From NCBI GenBank assembly GCA_963699545.1, contig CAVOUE010000005.1, positions 64,001 to 128,000 of the forward strand: DNA of 64,000 bases, written 5' to 3'. This DNA is from Nitrospirota bacterium. Its GTDB lineage: Bacteria; Nitrospirota; Thermodesulfovibrionia; Thermodesulfovibrionales; UBA9159. Positions 20,707-33,482 of this stretch are shown in pieces. Each line of letters starts with the position of its first letter. The stretch's first letter is position 1. A program made the translations under genes and the position numbers. The notes under the pieces are model-generated. The model had not been told where the DNA came from. It searched no databases and was given only the letters and a program-made list of their open reading frames with translations.

Positions 20707-20742
20707 GGGGTCGGTTGTGTCACTCGCCCCTCTTGTTTTTTT
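20707..20742 (+). terminator. Probable intrinsic terminator
   Basis: Imperfect GGGG...CCCC hairpin followed by T-rich tract. Confidence 0.4.
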
Positions 20743-20750
20743 ATGAAAAG

Positions 20751-21902
20751 TGGGATGTGTCCCTAATATTTCCGATGTCGCCTATAAGCGGAGCAAGGCC
20801 AGGAGTATTTGCAGGCGGAGGCTTGCAGGGCTTGTATGGGGGATATCAAGTAGGGAGTTATCTATGGAAAGATGGTGGTGCTTTTTTGAGATTTTTTCTG
20901 AACCCGAGGCTGCCTTTGCCGATATATATTGATCCGAAATATATCGGCCCCACACCAGCGGAGGCTGCGCATTAACCTCAAGAGATCATGAGACATAATA
21001 ATGGGAATAAGAAGAGGTTGAACGGTGATCAACTATAAACTCATTCTATACATTTATAGCGCTGTTTTTCTACTGTTATTAATTAATATAGGCAGAGATA
21101 GATTCGCCCCACAAAACAAATCTCTCAAGTCATGCGATTGGTCCTTATTCTCTGCCATAATAGTATTGTTTTTTTTCTTAAGCGGCGAGGTTGTCAAGTC
21201 CCTTTGGTATGTGAAGCTTATCCCGATCTTGAAAGAGTATCCGTATAACTTCTCAAATTTGGAAGTCTTCAGTTTCTTTTATTTCCTTTTCATTTTAATC
21301 TTAATATATGTATTTCTTCGGTATATCTATAGCGTATCGATTATTGAAGTATTTGACCTGAAGCTTTCTCAGAATATATTTATCCTAAAATTATGTGCAG
21401 GGTTAGCGGCAATAAACATTTTGAGTCTTTATCTTTTTGACTTTAATTTGTTTCTTAATCCAGAGCAATCAGAGTTGGAATATATCCAAGCGATGGATCC
21501 GCAGCATGCTGTTTTATTCGCCTTTGTAACAATAGTGCTTGCGCCTGTTGCAGAGGAGTTTATGTTCCGGGGATTACTATATGGCCCACTTTATAGGAAA
21601 GTAGGTCGGATTCTTGCCATCATTCTGTCTTCATTGATTTGGACGCAAGGCCACTTTTACTCTTTATTGCCGAGTGTTGGAGTATTTATTACGGGTTTAA
21701 TTCTGGGCTGGTTATACGATAGAAAGGGTTCTTTAATCCATCCAATTGTACTACACATGTTTAAGAACAGTTGGTTGCTTTATTACTATTCCAGGGCTTA
21801 AAGAATTGAAAGTTTGCCTTTGGGGTAAGGGAGAGGCTGAGTGAGAGAAAGCTGGGGTGCCAGCCCTTGACATTTGGTAAAGGAAATTGGGGACACATCC
21901 CA
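20751..21902. mobile_element. AT-rich cassette bounded by inverted repeats (about 1.15 kb)
   Basis: TGGGATGTGTCCC (20751-20763) / GGGACACATCCCA (21890-21902), extendable imperfectly to about 21-23 bp; no transposase. Confidence 0.5.
21025..21801 (+). CDS. CPBP family intramembrane glutamic endopeptidase (Abi/CAAX protease)
   Basis: EEFMFRG (EExxxR), WTQGH, HMFKN (HxxxN); very hydrophobic; AT-rich. Confidence 0.85.
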   Translation: MINYKLILYIYSAVFLLLLINIGRDRFAPQNKSLKSCDWSLFSAIIVLFFFLSGEVVKSLWYVKLIPILKEYPYNFSNLEVFSFFYFLFILILIYVFLRYIYSVSIIEVFDLKLSQNIFILKLCAGLAAINILSLYLFDFNLFLNPEQSELEYIQAMDPQHAVLFAFVTIVLAPVAEEFMFRGLLYGPLYRKVGRILAIILSSLIWTQGHFYSLLPSVGVFITGLILGWLYDRKGSLIHPIVLHMFKNSWLLYYYSRA

Positions 21903-22144
21903 ATTGAATGGGACCAAGGGACTTTTCTGAGGAGACTCAGCTTTTGCTTGGGAAACAATAAAGGTTGAAGAACAAGCAAAGGGAAAGGCTACTTTACGCC
22001 CTAGCCTCCCCTCCTACCAACGGCTTGCACTAGGTACTGGCTCAGTAGCCAGCTCCGGCTTTCCTGGACCTGCTGAGGCACCGACACTTGACGTTTCACG
22101 TCTGCTATAATGGAGTAAATGCGCAAGAAGCATGTTCGGGAGAG

Positions 22145-22876
22145 GTGAAAGAGCGTCTCGACATACTCCTCGTCACCAGGGGGATGACAAACAGCAGGGA
22201 GAGGGCAAAGGCGCTCATCATGGAAGGGAACGTCCTTGTCGACGGGGTTCCTGTGACGAAGGCGGGCTCTGCTTTTGATCAGGGTGCCCGCATTGAGCTC
22301 AGGGGAGAGGATATTCCCTATGTGAGTCGCGGTGGTCTCAAACTCGAAGCTGCCCTGGAACATTTCGGCATAGAACTCAGGGGAGTTCTTGCCATGGATG
22401 TGGGTTCTTCCACAGGCGGCTTCACTGATTGCATGCTGAACCGGGGCGCAAGGAAGGTGTACTGCGTTGATGTGGGGTACGGCCAGCTTGCCTGGTCCCT
22501 GAGAAAGGACCCGAGGGTCATCCTCCTTGAGCGGACGAACATACGGTATCTCGAGAGGGAGAGGATCCCTGATGTCATAGATTTTGCGTGCATTGACGTT
22601 TCTTTTATCTCCCTTCAAAAGGTTATTCCGAAGGTGATGGAGTTCATTGGTGAGGAAGGAGAGATACTGGCCCTTGTCAAGCCCCAGTTCGAGGTCGGTA
22701 AAGGTGAGGTCGGCAAAGGGGGTGTCGTGAGGGATGAGGAAAAGAGAATGACTACGGTGAGAACGATTGAAGCATGTGCCGTAGAAAGGGGATTAAGGAG
22801 CATCGGAAGTTTTCTCTCCCCGGTCCCTGGACAGAAAGGGAACAGGGAGTATTTCCTGTATCTGAGGAGGAAGTAA
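22145..22876 (+). CDS. tlyA: TlyA family rRNA 2'-O-methyltransferase
   Basis: S4 domain RLDILL, YVSRGGLKL, DVGSSTGGFTD, KPQFE. Confidence 0.93.
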   Translation: MKERLDILLVTRGMTNSRERAKALIMEGNVLVDGVPVTKAGSAFDQGARIELRGEDIPYVSRGGLKLEAALEHFGIELRGVLAMDVGSSTGGFTDCMLNRGARKVYCVDVGYGQLAWSLRKDPRVILLERTNIRYLERERIPDVIDFACIDVSFISLQKVIPKVMEFIGEEGEILALVKPQFEVGKGEVGKGGVVRDEEKRMTTVRTIEACAVERGLRSIGSFLSPVPGQKGNREYFLYLRRK

Positions 22877-23542
22877 TGGAAGAAATAAAACTGCTCGGTC
22901 TTGACCTCTCATTGGCATCTCCGGAGGCCATAGAGGTCTTATTGACGGATGCTGCAGACCCGGCGATCTACAGGGAAATCCTGGAGTCCAACATCAACCG
23001 GCCTGAGATACTGAAGATGCTTGCGGAGGATCAGGATGTGCCTGACGAAATCAAGAAAGCTGTGGGAAAACAGCTCAATCTTCCTGCTAGGGTAACAGTG
23101 AAACCAAGGATTTCGGATGAGGCCCGCAAGGACAGTTCTCCTCCAGAAGATTCAGCACCTGACCGTGGGTGAAAGGATCGCGATCGCACTCAGGGGAGGT
23201 CAGGAGATACGCTCACTTCTTCTGAAGGATGCCAACAAAGAGGTGGTTCTTACGGTCCTCAAGAACCCGAAGATCTCGGAAACCGAGGTGGAGTTGATCG
23301 CCCATTCGCGCAATGTTCCTGAGGATGCCCTGCGCGCGATACACAAGAACAGGGAGTGGATGAAGAACTACAGCATCAATCTTGCCCTGGTCAATAACCC
23401 CAAGACACCGCCGGGCATCGGCATCACCCTGGTCACCAGCCTGAGGTTGAAGGACCTCGCCATTCTCGAAAAGAACAAGAATGTGCCTGACGGGGTGCGT
23501 GCAGTGGCGAAAAAGGTCCTCGCGGCAAAAAAAGCCCACTGA
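22876..23542 (+). CDS. Conserved helical-repeat hypothetical protein; apparent +1 frameshift near 23136
   Basis: ORFs 22876-23172 and 23117-23542 join into one protein (..KDS-LLQKIQ..NPKTP). Confidence 0.7.
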
Positions 23543-23697
23543 GATCCCTCCGGGACGGTTGCAATGGCTGAGGGCGCAGCGGGATTCCTCACGTCCATAC
23601 TCATACATATCATCGCGCAAAATTATTGTCACTTTTTATATAATAAAAGCCCATGAGAATGATGCATGTAGGGACAAGTGTGGAATGAGGAACGTCA

Positions 23698-24831
23698 ATG
23701 GACATAACGCCTGATTTCATCAATAAAAAGACATGGAATAAGGTACTGAACCATATCGCTTCCAGTGACGAGGCGCCCCCCTACCTCCTCATCGATAAGG
23801 AGGTGGTAAAGGGAAATATCTCTACTATCGGCAGGAACATCAGGAATTCGAAAGTGTTCTATGCCGTTAAGGCAAACCCTGATATGGAGGTACTGCGATT
23901 CCTGAACAGCCTGGGGGTGGGATTCGAGATCGCGTCGGAAGGCGAACTGCAGATCCTTGCCGACCTTGGGGTCGGACCGGAGAGGATCATCACGAGCAAT
24001 CCCATCAAGACCCTGAAATTCCTTGAAAAGGCGGTGCCGTACGGAATCAATTATTTTGCTTTTGATTCCATTTCCGAGGTCGACAAACTGCTGAGATATG
24101 CGCCCGGATGCAATGTCTATGTGAGATTGTCAGTCCCCAATGAAGGCAGCGAGTGGCCCCTGAGCAAGAAGTTCGGAGTGGAACTGGATGAGGCGGTGGA
24201 ACTGCTCCTCTACGCCGGGAGAAAAGGCCTGAACCCTGTGGGCGTCACCTTCCACGTCGGCTCTCAGTGCAACAATGTCTATAACTGGAACACTGCCATC
24301 GGGAAGGCAAAGGAACTGTGGGAGATCTCGGAACAGAACGGGATGAAGCTCTCTGTGCTGAACATTGGCGGGGGATATCCCATTCACTATACAAAGAACG
24401 TTGTGGACGTCGAGACCATAGAGAAGAAGATTGACCGGGTAATCGCAAAGAAATTCTCGAAGGATGTCGAAATATTCATCGAGCCGGGGAGATCGGTGGT
24501 CGGTGATGCGGGCGTGTTTGTGTCCACGGTGATCGGCAAGGCAAAAAGAGGAGACGAGAACTGGCTTTACATCGACGTCGGGGTCTTTAACGGCCTGATG
24601 GAAAGCATAGGGGGGATCAAGTATGTCTATATTGTCGGGAGCAGAAATGAACCCGAAAAATGGACGATTGCGGGACCGAGCTGCGACAGTTTTGACGTCA
24701 TCGACCGTGAGGTGATTCTTCCCGAGCCTGAGGTCGGGAACCGGATACTTATCCTTTCCAGCGGTGCCTACACCATCTCGTATGCTTCCGAATTCAACGG
24801 TTTCTCGATCCCGAAGACTATTTTGATATAG
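23698..24831 (+). CDS. Type III PLP-dependent ornithine/lysine decarboxylase
   Basis: FYAVKAN, FHVGSQ, IGGG, EPGR, GPSCDSFD. Confidence 0.9.
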   Translation: MDITPDFINKKTWNKVLNHIASSDEAPPYLLIDKEVVKGNISTIGRNIRNSKVFYAVKANPDMEVLRFLNSLGVGFEIASEGELQILADLGVGPERIITSNPIKTLKFLEKAVPYGINYFAFDSISEVDKLLRYAPGCNVYVRLSVPNEGSEWPLSKKFGVELDEAVELLLYAGRKGLNPVGVTFHVGSQCNNVYNWNTAIGKAKELWEISEQNGMKLSVLNIGGGYPIHYTKNVVDVETIEKKIDRVIAKKFSKDVEIFIEPGRSVVGDAGVFVSTVIGKAKRGDENWLYIDVGVFNGLMESIGGIKYVYIVGSRNEPEKWTIAGPSCDSFDVIDREVILPEPEVGNRILILSSGAYTISYASEFNGFSIPKTILI

Positions 24832-24954
24832 AACATGCTGCACGTCGCCGGGAGATCGGAGGAGAACAGAGAAAGACAGGGCTTCAGCGGGGAATGATTT
24901 CCTCTCTGTAATCTCTTTGACCTCTGCGGATATTTTTGTCAGGAGGAGGGAAAC

Positions 24955-25791
24955 ATGATAAAGTTTTTTGAAAAGGACCCCTATGCACCGATACAGTACG
25001 TGTATGAGACCGAGAAGGTGCTCTACAAGGGGAAAAGCGATTTCCAGGAGATCATGGTTATCGAGAACCCTTATTTCGGCAAGATGCTCATTCTCGACGG
25101 AGTGGTACAGATCACGGAGAGAGACGAATTCTTTTACCATGAAATGCTTGTCCATATAGTACTGCATGCCCATCCCAATCCCCGGAACGTGATTGTCATC
25201 GGGGGCGGCGACGGCGGAGCAGTGAGAGAAGTGCTCAAGCACGACACAGTGAAAAAGGTGTATTTCGTCGAGATCGACAAAGAGGTGATCGACGTGTCGA
25301 GGAAATTCTTTCCCACGGTTGCAAGCCGGGTGGATGACCCCCGCGTGGAGATCCGCTGCATGGACGGTGCGGAATTTGTGAAGTCGAGACACGGAGACAT
25401 TGATGCCGTTATCGTGGATTCCACGGACATCGTCGGATTTGCAAAGAGCCTGTTCACGGTGGAGTTCTTTAAGTCCGTAAAGGACTCGCTGGCTGAGGAG
25501 GGCATGTTTGTGACCCTTTCGGAATCCCTTCATTTCCATAAGGACATGGTAATAGAGGTGCAGGAGGCGATGCGCCTCATTTTCCCCGTAGTGGATCTCT
25601 ACACGGCGCCCCTGGTCACGTATGCAGGGAACTGGTGGACCTTCTCTGCGGGCTCCATGAAGCACAACCTGAGGAAGATGCAGCGAGCATTCAAGGTCGA
25701 TACAAGATACTACAGCGATGAGATCCACGAGCAGGCCTTTATGCCGCCGAAGATGTATGAGCGGCTGATGCAGAGGAAGCTGCAGTGGTAG
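24955..25791 (+). CDS. speE: Spermidine synthase (polyamine aminopropyltransferase)
   Basis: DEFFYHEML, GGGDGG, VEID, IVDSTD. Confidence 0.92.
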   Translation: MIKFFEKDPYAPIQYVYETEKVLYKGKSDFQEIMVIENPYFGKMLILDGVVQITERDEFFYHEMLVHIVLHAHPNPRNVIVIGGGDGGAVREVLKHDTVKKVYFVEIDKEVIDVSRKFFPTVASRVDDPRVEIRCMDGAEFVKSRHGDIDAVIVDSTDIVGFAKSLFTVEFFKSVKDSLAEEGMFVTLSESLHFHKDMVIEVQEAMRLIFPVVDLYTAPLVTYAGNWWTFSAGSMKHNLRKMQRAFKVDTRYYSDEIHEQAFMPPKMYERLMQRKLQW

Positions 25792-25823
25792 TAGCAGCGT
25801 ATGCGCTGCCAGGCTTGGCAATC

Positions 25824-25853
25824 TTGACACGGGAGGATGCTAATTGTTAGAGT
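25824..25853 (+). promoter_or_regulatory. Sigma70-type promoter of hrcA operon
   Basis: TTGACA-18nt-TAGAGT with TG extension, directly before CIRCE. Confidence 0.6.
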
Positions 25854-25855
25854 AA

Positions 25856-25882
25856 TTAGCACTCTCATGATGAGAGTGCTAA
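25856..25882. promoter_or_regulatory. CIRCE operator (HrcA binding site)
   Basis: Perfect TTAGCACTC-N9-GAGTGCTAA upstream of hrcA; palindrome extends 25853-25885. Confidence 0.96.
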
Positions 25883-25902
25883 TTAGCGGTGAGGCATAGG
25901 AA

Positions 25903-26927
25903 ATGTTAGACGAGCGGATACATAGGGTATTGTGGGCGGTGGTGGAAAGCTATATCACGAACCCTGACCCGGTGGGGTCTCGGTTCGTGACGAAGAAGTA
26001 TGCTTTCAATCTTTCGCCTGCGACCATCAGGAACATCATGGCTGATCTCGAAGACATGGGGTTTCTCAGTCAACCTCACACTTCGGCAGGCCGCATCCCC
26101 ACGGATAAGGGATACCGGTTCTATGTCGACTACCTTGCTCAAAGGGAAGCTTCAGCGGGTGCCTACCACACCGAGGAGATCGTGCAGAGGCTGGAGAACA
26201 TAAGGAACGATATCAATGCCCTGCTTAAGGAAACCTCGCGGGCCCTCTCAACGGTCTCCCATTACCTTGGCGTTGCCCTTTCTCCGAGGCCCGAAAAGGC
26301 CACGTTGAGGGGTATCAACCTCTTCAGGTACAAGGAGGGTCAGGTGATGACCGTGCTTCTTACCGATGAAGGGAGCGTGAAGAACAAATGCATACAAGTG
26401 GATGTGGATTTGACCCAGCGGGATCTGAACAGGATTTCTGATTACCTCAATTCCCAGTTCGCCGGGCTCACCATTGATGAGATCAGGGTCAGGGTCGTAA
26501 GGGAAATGCAGAGGGACAAGGCGCTCTGTGACACCCTCATCTCCCGCGCGATCACTATTTGCCGGGAGGCCCTTTATTTTGATCACGGGGACGTCTTCAT
26601 ATCGGGGCTTTCCGAGGTGCTGGGGCTCCCTGAATTTTCAGACCTTCAGAGGATCAAGGAGATATCAAGGGCCATCGAGGACAAACACCTGATCATAAAG
26701 CTCCTGCATACCCTCTCTCAGTCAGAAGGGGTAACAGTGCTGATCGGGTCTGAGAACTCTGCCTCTGACATGAAGAAGCTGAGCATTGTGGTTTCCACCT
26801 ACAAAGAAGGTGACCGGCCCATAGGCACCATCGGGATCATAGGACCGACGCGCATGGACTATCTGAAGGCCATTACCGCCGTGGACACTGCGGCGAAGTT
26901 CCTGACGAGGGTCCTTTCGGGACGATA

Positions 26928-26928
<1 letters not shown>
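25903..26928 (+). CDS. hrcA: Heat-inducible transcription repressor
   Basis: SPATIRN.MADLE, PHTSAGRIPTDKGYR, IGPTRMDY. Confidence 0.96.
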
Positions 26929-29453
<2,525 letters not shown>

Positions 29454-29457
<4 letters not shown>

Positions 29458-30551
29458 AGGACTACTATGAAAGGCTTGGCGTCGCGAGAAATGCGACGGA
29501 AGCTGAGCTCAAGAAAGCCTTTAGGGCCCTTGCCCTAAAGCATCATCCTGACAGGAACACGGGCAGTAGGGAGTCAGAGGAGAAGTTCAAGGAGATCAAC
29601 GAAGCCTACTCTGTCCTGAGCGACCCTGAGAAGAGGGCCCATTATGACCGTTTCGGTTCCGAGGTAGGTGCAGGAGCGGGATTCGGGGCCTTCACCGGCG
29701 CCGGATTTGGAGATATCTTTGAAGACATCTTCGGGGATTTCTTCGGATTCTCGGGTCAGCAACGCAGACGACCCGCACGGGGCGATGACCTCCGCTATGA
29801 TCTTGAAATAACCCTTGAGGAGTCCGCCTCCGGCACTGAAAAGGAGATAGCGGTACCGAGGTGGGAGAACTGTTCCGGATGCAGCGGTTCGGGATCGAAG
29901 CCGGGCAAAGGGCCTGTGACCTGCACAAGTTGCAGGGGCACGGGCCAGGTAAGGTACCAGCAGGGTTTCTTTAGTGTATCCAAATCGTGCGGCGCCTGCC
30001 ACGGCACGGGAAAGATCATCACCGATCCCTGTACTGCGTGCAAGGGGAACGGCAGGGTCAAGAACGTCCGAAACATCATGGTGAAGGTTCCTCCGGGCGT
30101 GGATTCAGGGTCACGCCTGAGGATGTCGGGAGAAGGCGAGCCCGGCGCCCTTGGCGGCCCCCCGGGAGACCTCTATATAATCATTGACTTGAAGGAACAC
30201 CCTGTCTTCATGAGAAGGGGAAATGATATTTATTGCGCCCTGGGTATCACCTTCCCGCAGGCGGTGATGGGAGCCGAGATTGAGGTCCCTACCCTTGAAG
30301 GAACGGCCGCGCTCAAGATTCCACCGGGCACACAATCAGGAAAGGCTTTTCATATGCGGAGCAAGGGTATTCCGCGCCTTGGCGGGCACGGAAAAGGGGA
30401 TGAGGTCGTGGTGGTGAACATCGACGTTCCGAAACAGATCACTCCCCGTCAGAGGGAACTCCTTGAGGAATTTGCACAGATCAACGGTGAGAAGGCGTCA
30501 AAGACCTTCAAGGACAAATTGAAGGACATTTTCTCAGGCGCTGAAAAATAG
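29454..30551 (+). CDS. dnaJ: Chaperone DnaJ
   Basis: J domain HPD, G/F region, four CxxCxGxG repeats. Confidence 0.96.
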
Positions 30552-30558
30552 AACTTCA

Positions 30559-31296
30559 ATGCCCCGCATATTCCTTCCCGTAGACGAAAATCCCCGTACG
30601 ATCCAGATTACCGGAGAAAAGGCCCGCTATCTCTCCTCAGTCTTACGGTGCAAGAAGGGGGAAGAACTCGAGATCCTTGACGGGAAAGGTCATTCCTACA
30701 GGGCCAGGATCACATCCGTCGTCAAGAAGGAGATGACTGTGGAGGTTCTCGATGCCATTACCCATAACACGGAATCTCCGCTCAACCTCATTCTTATTCA
30801 AGGTCTTCTCAAGGGCGAAAAGATGGAGCTGGTGATACAAAAGGCTACAGAGTTGGGCGTCAGAGAAATAATCCCGGTGGTTACCGAAAGGAGCCAGGTG
30901 AGGAGCACCGGAAAGACGGCCCGGTGGCGAAAGATTGCAGAAGACGCCTCGCGGCAATCGGGAAGGACCGCCATCCCCATCATCCATGAGCCAAGCGCCC
31001 TCAGGGACATTTTCTCCGGAGATTCACCGTGTACCCCCTCTTCCGGGAAATGCAAAGGGCTTCTCTTTTGGGAGAGGAAGGGGATCAGGATGAAAGAAGC
31101 TATGGAAAGCCTTGAGGGATGCAGGTCATTGATCATTGCTGTAGGGCCTGAAGGAGGGTTCACAGAAGGGGAAGTGCAGGTTGCCGGGGAGCGGGGATTC
31201 CTTGTTGCCACTCTCGGGAGCCGCATCCTGCGTGCCGAGACAGCTGCGATTGCGGCAACCACTATGGCCCAGCTGTTTCTCGGAGATATGGGCTGA
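30559..31296 (+). CDS. rsmE: 16S rRNA m3U1498 methyltransferase
   Basis: KATELGV, GPEGGF, LGSRILRAETA. Confidence 0.93.
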   Translation: MPRIFLPVDENPRTIQITGEKARYLSSVLRCKKGEELEILDGKGHSYRARITSVVKKEMTVEVLDAITHNTESPLNLILIQGLLKGEKMELVIQKATELGVREIIPVVTERSQVRSTGKTARWRKIAEDASRQSGRTAIPIIHEPSALRDIFSGDSPCTPSSGKCKGLLFWERKGIRMKEAMESLEGCRSLIIAVGPEGGFTEGEVQVAGERGFLVATLGSRILRAETAAIAATTMAQLFLGDMG

Positions 31297-31314
31297 GGGA
31301 GCCGGGGGCGTATT

Positions 31315-32172
31315 ATGGTTTCTGAACCACTGGATTTTCTCCACAAAGAGCTTCTGTATGAGCGACTCAAAAATATCGATATTCCCATCTCCGAATACAG
31401 CTTTCCCAATGCATACCTTTTCAGGGAAGTCCACAGGTATGAGGTGGTTTTCGACAGCGAGATCTTTCTCAAGGGCATAACCTATGACGGCCACACCTAT
31501 CTTATGCCTACGGTGCCGGTGAAGGATATTGACACTGATAATCTGAAGGACCTGATGAGGAACGTGGACTTTTTATTTCCTATTCCCGAGGCATGGCTGC
31601 CATTCCTCGAGAAAGAGGAGTTCGAAGTCCTCTTTAAGGAGGGAAACGCGGATTACCTCTACACCGTGAACAAGATGAGCATATACCCGGGCAGGTATCT
31701 TCACCGGAAACGGAACCTCCTTAAACAGTTCGTGACCGGCTATTCCCATGAGGAAATGCCCTTGACCAACCAGCGCATAGAGCACGCGATGTACATCCTC
31801 GATGAATGGCAGAAGGAAAATGATTCTGAGGCGGGGGAACCGATTTTCACCCGTGCCGCGAGGCATTAAAGCGGTATGACGAACTTGTTCTCTGCGGGGG
31901 CATCTATTACGCCGAAGGAGAAGCCTGCCGGATTCATCGTAGGCGAAGAGTTGAATGCCGAGACCTTTGTGCTCCACTTTGCAAAGGCGAGAAAGAAATT
32001 TAAGGGCGTCTATCAGTATATGTTCAGCAGTTTCGCCAAAGTCCTGCCGGAAAAATACCGCTATCTGAACCTGGAGCAGGACCTTGACAAGGAAGCCCTC
32101 AGGATCGCCAAATCTTCTTACCTCCCTGATGCAATGCTGAAAAAAGCGCGCGTGAGCCTGAAGAGAACATAA
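31315..32172 (+). CDS. DUF2156/phosphatidylglycerol lysyltransferase-like (GNAT) domain protein; two compensating indels near 31838 and 31921
   Basis: SEYSF.N.YL, DYLY, HFAKA, NLEQDL..LR.AK.SY.P. Confidence 0.7.
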
Positions 32173-32301
32173 CATATCCTTGCCGATACACTTCTGTGAG
32201 CTAGCGTTTGGTTTTGTGGTGACGGCGGGCGCTTTTTCATATATAATTCTTGAAAGCGGTACGTTCTTTCAGTTCCCGCTCATGACCAAAAGGAGGTTGC
32301 C

Positions 32302-33482
32302 ATGCAGAAAGGAAAAGGACGCACAGGAATGAACAGGAGAGAGTTCCTGAAGGCCGGCCTGGCAGGGACCACATCGGCCCTCTTTATGGGCAGCGGACTT
32401 GCCGAAGCGGTTCAGCGCTACGCTTCGTCAGAACCCTTCGTTTTTCCCGCGCCCGTCTACCGCACCCTGGGCCGCACCGGACTGAAGATCACGGTCGTGA
32501 GCTGCGGGGCGATGCTGACACCTGAGACCGAGGTGCTGAAGATCGCCGTTGAGCATGGTGTCAACTATGTGGATACGGCGCGGAAATATATGGACGGCAA
32601 GAACGAGGACATCGTTGGCAAGGCATTGAAGGGCAGGCGTGACAAGGTGTATGTAGCAACGAAGACGCTGCCCACTTCAAAGGCGAAAGAGGACATCATC
32701 AGGGATGTCGAGACAAGCCTCGAGGACGCTGGAGACCGACTATGTGGATGTCATCCAGCTCCATAATCTCACCGACAAGGAGCGGATATTCATTCCGGAG
32801 ACGCGGGAGGCCCTCGTCAAACTGAGAGAACAGGGCAAGGTGCGTTTCTTCGGGGTGACCACGCACAAGAACCAGCCAGAGGTGCTCAACGCCCTTGTGG
32901 ACGATCCTAACCGCTTCTTCGATACGGCGCTCGTGGCCTACAACTTCAAGAGCGACAAAGAGACTAAGGAGGCGATAGCAAGGGCAGCCCAGGCAGGAAT
33001 CGGGATCATTGCGATGAAGACCCAGGCAGGCGGCTACGCCACCGACGCGCTGGGCCCCATCAGTCCCCACCAGGCAGCCCTCAAGTGGGCGCTCCAGAAT
33101 ACAAATATCACCACTGCGATTCCGGGCATGAAGAGACATGGCGGAACTCAGGGAAGACATTGCGGTTATGGGGATGCCTTTCAGGTACGCCGACGAGCGC
33201 GTCCTGAAACGCTACAGCGCTGCGGTGCAGCCGTACTACTGCCATTTCTGCGGAAAATGCGAAGCGGGCTGCCCGAAGGGTGTGGAGATCAGTACGATCA
33301 ACCGTTCCCTTATGTACGCGGAAGGCTACAAGAGCCCCGAACTCGCCCTGTCCACTTACCGGGAAATCCCCTTGTCCGCCTCGGCTTCCGCTTGCCTCGA
33401 CTGCGCGGACTGTGTTGCACGATGCGTCAACGGGCTTGATATTGCGGCGAAGATGGCGCAGGCCAGGAAATTACTGGCGTAA
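32302..33482 (+). CDS. Tat-signal aldo/keto reductase with C-terminal Fe-S motifs; +1 frameshifts near 32722 and 33134
   Basis: NRREFLK Tat motif; YRTLGRTG, DTARKY, TDYVD; CxxCxxCxxxCP and CxxCxxCxxxC. Confidence 0.8.

Noticed and set aside
22040-22075. SRP RNA or cobalamin riboswitch (CAGGTCC.GGAAAG; GAGCCAG)
   Set aside because: Lacks the SRP GGAAGGAAGCAGC core and a proper B12 box
23698-25791. speE without speD
   Set aside because: speD is frequently unlinked; cannot be judged from one window
24130-25830. 566-aa minus-strand ORF
   Set aside because: Antisense shadow of the decarboxylase and speE; no recognisable motifs; explained by codon bias
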